Positions 56,901-64,000 of a stretch of DNA of 64,000 nt are shown one piece after another (positions within the stretch are counted from its first letter, which is position 1; each line of letters starts with the position of its first letter). This DNA is from an uncultured Clostridia bacterium (GTDB lineage: Bacteria > Bacillota > Clostridia > Christensenellales > UBA1242): positions 81,342 through 145,341 of the forward strand of contig CAKVNM010000004.1 in NCBI GenBank assembly GCA_934777505.1, in the 5' to 3' direction. The position numbers and the translations under genes are program-made. Under the pieces are notes generated by a model. That model had not been told where the DNA came from. It saw only the letters and a program-made list of their open reading frames with translations, and made no database searches.

Positions 56901-59796
56901 TATTGCTGATTTGTTTTGAATGGTCGACATATACTGGGACTGCACAGTACTGCCAGTCGGTGTTTCGCCAGTCAAAGTTTTTTCTAAATGTGGCTTTTGT
57001 GTTGTCGAGATAGGTTATTTCAACTCTAAGTTCAAACTTTCGGTCTAAAAGATATTGTTTTTGCTCTTGTTTTTCCGCTTCGGTTAGGTCAACAGGCAAG
57101 ACAAACGCCGAGTTCGCTTTTGCCCAGCCACAGACAACAAAAGCGTTGTGAGAGCAAAGGCTTTGATTGTTTTGTAGGTTAGATAGCATGGCACTGCTCA
57201 TCATAACGGACGCTTTTTTGGAGTCGTCAGTCAAGTGAATATTTGTGTTGCAAGAAAGATAGCTTGAAGGATAGGAAGATTCGCCACACACAAAATTATT
57301 GAGAGTGAGCGAAAAATTTTCGACCATTTCGCAATTTTCAAAGAACACATCTTTTAGGTAATTCTCGCTGTATGGTAGCGGTTGAATATTTAGTGAAATT
57401 TTGCTAGATTCGTAGTTAAATTCGCTTGTCCTAGCAAAGTTTTGACCAACATTTTCGTCAAAAGTGTTTTCGTAGGTTGTTTTGACTTTTCCGTATTCGT
57501 CAAAGATGTAGGTTACGCTTTTGTTTTGTGCGTTTTTGACGGTTGTTGAATTGCAGTTGTTATATTCGATATTAATCGTTTGGTCTGTTACAACAAAATT
57601 ATCAAAATTTTGAGCATCAAACGAGAAATCGTTTTTGTAGTTTACAACGCCGTTTTCGACTGAGTCGAGTCCAGAAATGGCTTTTATTTTGGTAACTTTG
57701 TTTGAATCGTAGGACAAACTAATTCCAAGAGCGTTTTGGTTCAAAATGGCTGATAGGCTACCGTTTGAGTAGTAATAGTGGCTGGTTGTTTGGTCTAAGT
57801 GTGTTATTGCTGATATGCACTCGTTTGAATACTTAAAGGTAACTTTTCGTTCTCTTGCGTCTTGAATGGATACAAGTTGATTGTTATCGTACTCAAACAA
57901 AATGCTTCCGTTTGACGAGCTGGAAATTGATTTGATAAGGCTATTTGAAGGGGATTCGTATTCAACATACACTGTGTTTTCGTAGGCGTCCGTAATCAAA
58001 ATTAGCCTATAAATGCTCGTTTCGTTGTCGTCAGCGTCAAGAGTCTTTCCAAAGCCCAAAATAATGTTGTCGTTGTAAAGATAGTGGACAGGGACTTGCT
58101 GTTCGTAGAGTTTTTCTTGGTGTTTGAGTTTGCTTAGCATTCCTTGATATTCGTCTATGGACGACACATATTTGTTGCAGGTGTAGACCAAGTTTTCGAT
58201 TTGAAGGTCGATAGTAATTATATCTTTTAGCGAAAGAGTGAACTCGTCACCTTGCTTGAAACTTGCGTAAATTTTTGCGAGTTCGTCATCTGTCAAAGTG
58301 TAGTCAAACGAAGATAGTTCTGGTTTGATGTAGTCAAGAAAATCGTCTTTGCTGATTTGATTGTTGTAGAGTTCGTTACTCATTTTTAGGCTTTGATTTT
58401 GCATATACCAACTGCCAAATGTTGGGTTGTCGTCACAGTAATTGAAGCCGAGAGTTAGGATTGGCGATGCTTCTTCAAGCAGATTATCTCTAAGTATTTT
58501 GGTGTCGTGATTTGTGAGCTCTTTGTTCTCATTGATGACGATTGTTTCGTCCTTTTTGTAGTAATTGTAGATGTCGTCTATCATTTCGTCAGTAAAATAG
58601 TTAGATGACAAATAACTCTCGGCGCCATCTCCTGGCTGACCATCGTTAAAATTTCTGTGGGCTTTATGATATTCGCCACGAGCAACTTCGATTTTTCGTT
58701 GCAAATCGTTGTATTTTTTGTTGTTTGCAACGCTAGATTTTTGGAATGCATTTTGCTTTGAGAGAATTTTTTTTGAGAGAGCGAGTAGCGACAACTGTTT
58801 TTTGTTGGAATCAAGGTTTGTTTGGATTTCTTCGATTGCAGATTTATATTGTTTGATTTGTGACCTTGTTTCGATGAGTTCGTTCGGTTCAAAGTCAACC
58901 AGATTTGCTCCTTTAATATCGGAAATAGAAGAAGTGAATTGTAGTCCAGACGGAGCGGTTAGTTTTATGCTAACAGGGTATTCAGCGATTTTTGAACCAC
59001 CGTCTTCGGTGGATTCAAGTTCACGAAAAACATAATTTCCGTCCAAATCAACTGCAAAGCCAAGATTGGTGTCTTGGTCGTTACTTTCATCTGCTTGCGG
59101 TCTTTTAACAGTGATTTCCTTTCCGTTTTTTGTGTAGTAATATAATTCTTCTACTACCTGAGTTTTTCCGTTTTCGTCAATGTAGTTAAAAAGTAGTGAA
59201 CCGTCTTCACTTTGTTTTTTAATTAAAAATTGATTAAAATTTGTGCTCCAATTTTTTGGTAAACCGATGTTTTTTAATTGTTCGTTATTGTTTGAATTGT
59301 AGTTTAGGTTAACCGAAACTGGCAATGCCATTTGGTCGGAAGAGACCAATGGAACAAGCATAGATAGTTTGCCTGTTGCAAGATTGACTTGTCCAGAACC
59401 TGCTTTCCCAACATCAATGCTTTGTGTGCATGATGACTCTTGATAGTCGGTTAGGGAAATAAACTCCACTTCTAGTTTTAGGTCGGTTAGTTCTAGTTCT
59501 CCGCCAACAAAATTGAGTTTAAAATTGGATAGATTGCAGTCTAACACAGTTTGCAATTCGTCACTAATGTTGATTGCAATCAAGTCATCTTGGCTGATAT
59601 TTTGCAACAAATCAACATTTTCCCATTGGGTGTCTTCTTTTAAAAAGAAATTTACTTGATAACTGCTTGTTGTTGTGCTTGCAATTTTCGCTTTTAAGTT
59701 TGCGTTTACAATCTTTTTGTCTGTTAAATTAGGGATTGTAATGTTAACACAATTTTTTTCGCTGTTATCAATAGTTGTAATTGTGATTTTTTTCAT
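53992..59796 (-). CDS. RHS/YD-repeat polymorphic toxin (1934 aa) with glycine-zipper membrane C-terminal tip
   Basis: Many YD repeats (YDxxGN, YxYD), RHS core end YYLNSRYYDPQLGRFINADD ... NNPVMLVDSNGYG, then a ~210-aa Gly/Ala/Ser-rich hydrophobic tip. Start placed at ATG 59796 with GGAG RBS. Confidence 0.9.
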   Translation of the reverse strand: MKKITITTIDNSEKNCVNITIPNLTDKKIVNANLKAKIASTTTSSYQVNFFLKEDTQWENVDLLQNISQDDLIAINISDELQTVLDCNLSNFKLNFVGGELELTDLKLEVEFISLTDYQESSCTQSIDVGKAGSGQVNLATGKLSMLVPLVSSDQMALPVSVNLNYNSNNNEQLKNIGLPKNWSTNFNQFLIKKQSEDGSLLFNYIDENGKTQVVEELYYYTKNGKEITVKRPQADESNDQDTNLGFAVDLDGNYVFRELESTEDGGSKIAEYPVSIKLTAPSGLQFTSSISDIKGANLVDFEPNELIETRSQIKQYKSAIEEIQTNLDSNKKQLSLLALSKKILSKQNAFQKSSVANNKKYNDLQRKIEVARGEYHKAHRNFNDGQPGDGAESYLSSNYFTDEMIDDIYNYYKKDETIVINENKELTNHDTKILRDNLLEEASPILTLGFNYCDDNPTFGSWYMQNQSLKMSNELYNNQISKDDFLDYIKPELSSFDYTLTDDELAKIYASFKQGDEFTLSLKDIITIDLQIENLVYTCNKYVSSIDEYQGMLSKLKHQEKLYEQQVPVHYLYNDNIILGFGKTLDADDNETSIYRLILITDAYENTVYVEYESPSNSLIKSISSSSNGSILFEYDNNQLVSIQDARERKVTFKYSNECISAITHLDQTTSHYYYSNGSLSAILNQNALGISLSYDSNKVTKIKAISGLDSVENGVVNYKNDFSFDAQNFDNFVVTDQTINIEYNNCNSTTVKNAQNKSVTYIFDEYGKVKTTYENTFDENVGQNFARTSEFNYESSKISLNIQPLPYSENYLKDVFFENCEMVENFSLTLNNFVCGESSYPSSYLSCNTNIHLTDDSKKASVMMSSAMLSNLQNNQSLCSHNAFVVCGWAKANSAFVLPVDLTEAEKQEQKQYLLDRKFELRVEITYLDNTKATFRKNFDWRNTDWQYCAVPVYVDHSKQISNITCFVDYSNNTGSIRFTDLEFKTATWEKSSYNQDGLLIKKEAIHSEWLAEYEYDKSNLVKEIITSKKTNKRFVTTYDYTKTGKLLRTTDYNGIVKENVYNDKGVAVKTITYHKNEPTNKLYEESIVDDKGNTTSSVNAFGEKISENTFIPNTGIVATQTDNLGNKTSFGFDANDTLIEQSSCVDGINNATTFDYQLGFLTALKHNNFAIQYDYDSLGNTKQIKIANNTYLTKQKTSEQEVVTLSSTEKYRQTFDNNGNVLDTYYTPKQNSNTSPSEVLIAQNLYDTCGNLVQTKDYTNGEDSSKLYIDSFGNNYKCEGTQNGAKVDLHNVYDQNHSNIVQTSISIGQDSLSYSFDYNNSPQSKVQNIELCGKFDADSSSKKIFNQSLSYDKLQRLSQISTNTLSREYSYLKSGDHASNLVSKLQFGVGGTNKDHLTYKYDQKGNITEVRRSNLLLARYAYDSLSRLVREDNADFGKTTVFKYDAGGNIICKLEYDFSLVDNIDVLTVKNSFNYAYPVQGWRDQLLNFNGAKFEYDSLGNPTLFKGKKLSWSHARQLDAFDVSTDSQTAKAKYKYNANGIRIAKEVDGFTTKYYLNGTKILAQKDSINHMTFFYGSDGVTGFHLKNNVVDEDFFYKKNVQNDIIGIYNSAGTQICEYSYDAWGNEICRYLSNLGTYVEIEENYVYNDISNINRFVAFKNPFRYRSYYFDFETGLYYLNSRYYDPQLGRFINADDISILSQSKDLSNGLNLYMYCNNNPVMLVDSNGYGWWSDFWNGVKSFFENSWDVILGTVISGVLVAVGLAMTILSSGTLGKLGGIFISAGVSSFLGGIQSKLSGGSYWAGYAGGLVSGTIAGFGGYLGSIHGYGYAMLGGLFGNFAGTALTDHMNGENILSKEYLLNLTAESVLSGLLAGWSFKYGDVLSGLNIPGFRGEFSALAVNTEFVFSFLFDGANSLLNALTRKIRSRIKYA
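54509..54850. repeat. 342-bp near-identical repeat shared with the orphan cassette (52941..53282)
   Basis: See 52941..53282. Confidence 0.85.
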
Positions 59797-60016
59797 ATAC
59801 TTTACTCCTTTTTTAGTGTTCGGTTTCAAGTATAATTCTCACAAATTCTAATGCTTTCTAACTTTTGCTAATGAATGCTATTTGTTGCTAAACCTTTAAT
59901 TTTTGCATATTTTGTGATAAAAAAAATTTGGAATTTACTAATTATTTTTTTAAAAAAATGCAATTTATGCCTTAAATTTATATCAAATTTTTGAAATTTT
60001 TTAAAAAATGCACAGC

Positions 60017-60045
60017 AAAAAACCAGCTGAATACGCTGGTTTTTC
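60017..60045. terminator. bidirectional hairpin terminator at the distal end of the CRISPR array
   Basis: AACCAGC-TGAATAC-GCTGGTT with flanking A- and T-runs. Confidence 0.6.
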
Positions 60046-60065
60046 GTTGTTTTTTTTATAGTCCT

Positions 60066-60630
60066 ATTATACCATACCAAATAACATTAAGGAACTATAA
60101 TACGAAGCATAACTGGCAACAAGATTATGTTATTATACCATACCAAATAACATTAAGGAACTATAATTATACGAAAGGTCATATCTATCGTATTAAAATT
60201 ATACCATACCAAATAACATTAAGGAACTATAATTGGAATCTTGGCACACTTTTTTCAATCGACATTATACCATACCAAATAACATTAAGGAACTATAATG
60301 CGTGCATACGACGAAAATTATTTGTATATATTATACCATACCAAATAACATTAAGGAACTATAATTTAAGCCATATTTTCTCTGCACTATTTATGAATTA
60401 TACCATACCGAATAATAAAAAGGAACTATAATACTATAACAACAAAAAAAGAGCATGCTCTAATTATACCATACCGAATAATAAAAAGGAACTATAATCT
60501 TATGCCGTCAAGTACGTTTCAAAACTACATTATACCATACCAAATAATAATAAGGAACTATAATTATGAGCATTGAAATATAAAATGCATTTGAATTATA
60601 CCACACCAAACAAAATTCAAGAATTAAAAA
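60066..60630 (-). CRISPR. CRISPR array, 9 x 36-nt repeats and 8 spacers (30-31 nt), type II-C-like; crRNA strand inferred to be minus
   Basis: Plus-strand repeat ATTATACCATACCAAATAACATTAAGGAACTATAAT at 60066, 60132, 60198, 60264 and 60330. Variants at 60397 and 60463 (same variant) and at 60529. Degenerate copy at 60595. Strand inferred from tracrRNA complementarity and from TGGTATAAT at the minus-strand 3' end of every repeat. Confidence 0.92.
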
Positions 60631-60847
60631 TTGTGAGATGGATTGTGTTTGCTTTAATATATTTTGAATTAATCAAGCGGAATAGAATAAAATTTTTAAA
60701 AACAGTGACTGTTTTTGTCTTATCTTGTCGAAAAACAAAAAAGGTTTTGGTTTGTTTTGACAAGTGCAAAAATCTTTTAGTAAAATTTAAGCGTAGCGAT
60801 AAAATCTTGTTGACAACACACCAAAAATTTGTTAGTCTAACTATGTA

Positions 60848-60944
60848 ACTTATACCATACCAAATAATATTAAGTTACTATAACAAGACCTTTTGGTCGC
60901 AAAGCACTATCGCTATCAATTTTTTTGATAGCGATATCTTTTTT
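60848..60944 (+). ncRNA. predicted tracrRNA
   Basis: The 37-nt anti-repeat ACTTATACCATACCAAATAATATTAAGTTACTATAAC pairs with 31 of 36 nt of the minus-strand repeat. It is followed by hairpin GACC-TTTT-GGTC, hairpin ATCGCTATCAA-TTTTTTT-GATAGCGAT and a T-run, ending 12 nt before the cas9 ATG. The 5' end is not determined. Confidence 0.65.
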
Positions 60945-60956
60945 AAGGAGAAAAAT

Positions 60957-63900
60957 ATGGAGAAATTGGATTACAGAATAGGTTTAGATATTGGGATTGC
61001 GTCAGTTGGTTGGGCGGTTATTGAAAACGACAAAGATTGCAAGCCGTTTAGGATTGTCGACCTTGGAGTAAGGCTCTTTTCTCCCGCAGAAATCAACGAC
61101 AAAGGCAAAAACAAGCCACTTGCACTAGATAGAAGAATTGCTCGTGGAACTCGAAGAAGGCTTAGAAGAATGCGTTATCGTGTTGAAGCAATGCAAAAAT
61201 TTCTATGCAAGAACTTTGATTTTGGAGTTGATAAAGGCAACTTAACAAGTGTTATTGAAGCCAAAAATTATAATGTTTATGAACTAAGACATGATGCACT
61301 TTTTAGAAAACTTGATAATCTTGAAATAGCAAAAATCTTGCTATATTTTGTAAAGCATCGTGGATATAAATCAACCAGCACATCAGCGGATTCCCAAAAT
61401 GCGGAGCAGTCGCAAATGAAACTTTCGTTGCAATCGAACAAAGAAAAGGTGGAAAACTATTTAACCGTTGGCGAATTTTTATATCAAAACAGAATTGAGC
61501 GAAAATATTTTGCTCACGGCGAAGAAAAAGTTGAGTATATTTATAAAACTCGCAATCGGGACGGCGAATACACAAAGTGTATGTATCGCAGTTTGATTGA
61601 AGACGAAATAAAAACAATCTTGGCAAAACAACAGGAGTTTGGGAACACCGACGTAACCGAAGATTTCACAAATCAGGCTCTATATATTTTTAACAAGCAG
61701 TTGAATTTTGATGACGGGCCAAACGAACCAAGCCAGTATCGTGGACTCTACAAGGTTGGACATTGCACTTTTATTCCAACCGAAACAAGAGCGCCAAAGT
61801 CGTCATTTAGTTTTGAATATTTTTCAGCACTGCAAAAAATCAATCAGTTGTCAATTGTTGACGAGAGCGGAAAACACTTTATATCAAACGAACAAAAACA
61901 GATATTACTAACAACTTTGCTTGCGAAAAAAGAACTCACATTCAAAGCGATTAGAAAAGCACTCAATCTTCCCGAAGAAGTAAAGTTTGCAAGTTTAACA
62001 TATTCAAACAAAGCCGAAAAATCATCGAAAAAGTCGCCAGAAGACGCAAAATATGTGGAACTAAAAGGCACAAAAAAGATTGCTTCTGCTCTTGGTAAGC
62101 AAAATATTTCCAAAGAAGATGCTTGCATTTTTGACGCTATTGCGGAAATTTTGTCTTACTACAAAAGTGACGACAATATCTTAAAGCAGTTGAGCGAGAA
62201 CGAATTAACCAAAAATTTGACTACTGAGCAAAAAGAAAATTTGCTAAATGTTAGTGTTTCAAAATTTGGTAATTTGAGCATAAAAGCAATTAATATGATT
62301 ATTCCATTTTTGGAGCAAGGTTATTTGTACGACAAAGCCGTTAAAATGGCGGGCTTTAACTTTAATGACTTAACGGGAGAGAGTGTAAAAACCACCAAAA
62401 TTGTTTTCAATGACCAGTTAAAAGAATACTTGCAGGAGATAACAAATCCAGTGGTTAGGCGTGCAATCGGGCAAGTGATAAAAGTTGTAAACGCCATAAT
62501 TGACAAGTACGGCAGTCCGCAAACATTGCATATAGAACTTGCTCGTGATATCAAAAAAACGATTGCAGAGCGAAGACAGATTGAGAACAATCAACAAAAG
62601 CGATTTGAAGACAATAAGCAAGCGGAACTAGAACTGTTGAAGATAAATATTCAGCCAACCGCAAAAAATCTGCTAATCTACAAGTTATATTTGGAACAAG
62701 GTGGCAAGAGTCCATATTCTTCGTTGCCGATTATGGAAAGTTGTGGTGTAAACAACTGTGATTTAAGATACTTGTTTGACACCAACTATGTTCAAGTGGA
62801 CCACATAATCCCATATAGCAAAAGTTTTGACGACAGTTGGAACAACAAAGTGCTTGTTTTGGCAAAGGAAAATCAAGACAAAGGGAACAAAACCCCTTTG
62901 GAATGGCTAAAAGCCGACAAAACCAAATTGCAACAATTTTTGGATTTTGTGTCCGCAACATATTCTCATAACGGAAAGAAAAAAGAGCATTTGCTCACAA
63001 ACTTGACGGACGAAAACTTGATTAACGAATGGCGTAGTGCGTCAATCAACGACACAAGGACGATTTCCACTTACACAAAAGATATGTTTAACAGATTTTT
63101 GGCGTTTGCTCCAAGCAAGTACAAGCAAAAAGTTTTTTGCGTTAACGGAACAATAACCAACTATCTTGGGAAAGTTTGGGGAATAGAGAAAAATCGTTCC
63201 GCTAGCGACAGGCATCACGCACGAGATGCAGTGATAATCGCCGTTACGGAAAACAGAATGCTTCAAGAAATAACCAAGTTTTTTAAATACAAATATTACT
63301 ATGAAAAATCTAAAATCGAGAAACAAAACCAAGGTGCCGAAACTGTATATATCATAAAGGACACGGGCGAGAGATTAAGCCAGCAGGAATACGATAGTTA
63401 CATAACAAAGTATGTTGTTCAGCCATACCCAACTTTTAGGCAAGAGTTGATTGCAAGACTCAGTGATAATCCACAAAACCCTCCGTTTGACATTAATGAA
63501 TGTTATTATCAATACACAAATGAGCAAATATCAGCATTAAAACCAATTTTTATCAGTCAAATGCCAAACCGAAAAGCAAACGGAGCAATCCATGCCGACA
63601 CAATTTATGGCAACTCTAATTTGAAAGATAAAAATGGCAATGCAATTTTAACAAAGCGTGTTAGCATTTTGGATTTAAAACTAACGCCAGACAAACTTGC
63701 AATCAAGGATTATTACGAAGTTGCTAAAACCGAAGACAAGGCAACATATAATGTTTTGTTAAAACGATTGCAAGAATTTGACGGAAACGCACAAAAGGCG
63801 TTTTTAGAACCAATTTTCAAACCAACAAAAACAGGCGAGCAAGGCAATCAAATCAAAAAAGTAAAGTTGCAGTACACCGCAAGTAATACTTTCCAAATCG

Positions 63901-64000
63901 AAAATCGTGGCACGGTCAAAGGCGGTGCTATGTTAAGGATTGATATCTTTACTAAAAACGAAAAGTTCTATGCCGTTCCAGTTTATCTCATAGATTTGTA
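60957..64000 (+). CDS. cas9: CRISPR-associated endonuclease Cas9 (type II-C-like), 3'-partial at the window edge
   Basis: RuvC-I IGLDIGIASVGWAV, bridge helix RRIARGTRRRLRRMRYR, RuvC-II LHIELARD, HNH VDHIIPYSKSFDDSWNNKVLVLAKENQDKGNKTP, RuvC-III DRHHARDAVIIAV, and GAMLRIDIFTKNEKFYAVPVY near the end. The frame is open for 1014 codons to position 64000. AAGGAG RBS. Confidence 0.95.
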   Translation, partial: MEKLDYRIGLDIGIASVGWAVIENDKDCKPFRIVDLGVRLFSPAEINDKGKNKPLALDRRIARGTRRRLRRMRYRVEAMQKFLCKNFDFGVDKGNLTSVIEAKNYNVYELRHDALFRKLDNLEIAKILLYFVKHRGYKSTSTSADSQNAEQSQMKLSLQSNKEKVENYLTVGEFLYQNRIERKYFAHGEEKVEYIYKTRNRDGEYTKCMYRSLIEDEIKTILAKQQEFGNTDVTEDFTNQALYIFNKQLNFDDGPNEPSQYRGLYKVGHCTFIPTETRAPKSSFSFEYFSALQKINQLSIVDESGKHFISNEQKQILLTTLLAKKELTFKAIRKALNLPEEVKFASLTYSNKAEKSSKKSPEDAKYVELKGTKKIASALGKQNISKEDACIFDAIAEILSYYKSDDNILKQLSENELTKNLTTEQKENLLNVSVSKFGNLSIKAINMIIPFLEQGYLYDKAVKMAGFNFNDLTGESVKTTKIVFNDQLKEYLQEITNPVVRRAIGQVIKVVNAIIDKYGSPQTLHIELARDIKKTIAERRQIENNQQKRFEDNKQAELELLKINIQPTAKNLLIYKLYLEQGGKSPYSSLPIMESCGVNNCDLRYLFDTNYVQVDHIIPYSKSFDDSWNNKVLVLAKENQDKGNKTPLEWLKADKTKLQQFLDFVSATYSHNGKKKEHLLTNLTDENLINEWRSASINDTRTISTYTKDMFNRFLAFAPSKYKQKVFCVNGTITNYLGKVWGIEKNRSASDRHHARDAVIIAVTENRMLQEITKFFKYKYYYEKSKIEKQNQGAETVYIIKDTGERLSQQEYDSYITKYVVQPYPTFRQELIARLSDNPQNPPFDINECYYQYTNEQISALKPIFISQMPNRKANGAIHADTIYGNSNLKDKNGNAILTKRVSILDLKLTPDKLAIKDYYEVAKTEDKATYNVLLKRLQEFDGNAQKAFLEPIFKPTKTGEQGNQIKKVKLQYTASNTFQIENRGTVKGGAMLRIDIFTKNEKFYAVPVYLIDL

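Noticed and set aside
60234-60263. Possible self-targeting of spacer 3 against the glycine-rich gene (about 49029)
   Set aside because: Only an 11-nt match (TGGAATCTTGG), which is not significant.
59991-60848. ORFs 59991..60431 (146 aa) and 60573..60848 (91 aa)
   Set aside because: The first is translation of the CRISPR repeats (periodic IIPYQITLRNYN) and the second runs through the array-tracrRNA spacer. Neither has an RBS.
1-64000. Genetic code 4 (TGA = Trp) or another sense reassignment as the explanation for missing TGA stops
   Set aside because: Conserved proteins are uninterrupted under the standard code and all Trp codons are TGG. In a low-GC code-4 genome, TGA should be the dominant Trp codon and would split these ORFs.

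Overview
Low-GC (about 35%) chromosomal segment of a Firmicutes/Bacilli-type bacterium; an Erysipelotrichia- or Mollicutes-related gut lineage is my guess (inference only). Housekeeping genes (leuS, serS, clpB with a CIRCE operator, phosphoketolase, rpsU, yqeY-like, SpoU methyltransferase, U32 peptidase, eight tRNAs) alternate with accessory and surface genes: GT4 and GT2 glycosyltransferases, a collagen-like BclA-type protein, Big_2, DUF11 and GH5 proteins, and several lipoproteins. The right-hand third looks like a competition/defence island. It holds a tail-fibre-like four-gene operon next to tRNA-Glu, a 1934-aa RHS/YD-repeat toxin with its immunity gene, an orphan toxin-tip plus immunity cassette, and a type II-C-like CRISPR-Cas9 locus. 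That locus has 9 repeats and 8 spacers, a predicted tracrRNA, and cas9 running off the window end. The least explained signals are: (1) a ~150-190 nt hairpin-rich element present three times, always directly upstream of a tRNA-Ser gene, whose 3' end is perfectly complementary to the D-arm of the downstream tRNA with a compensatory base change between loci; (2) no TGA stop codon in any of 42 CDS, and no in-frame TGA in intact genes; (3) CRISPR repeats that each carry an extended -10 promoter on the minus strand; (4) RHS toxin tips that are glycine-zipper membrane domains, with a 342-bp near-identical recombination tract. No rRNA, transposase or integrase gene is visible. All functional calls rest on motifs I recognise by eye, because no database search was possible.
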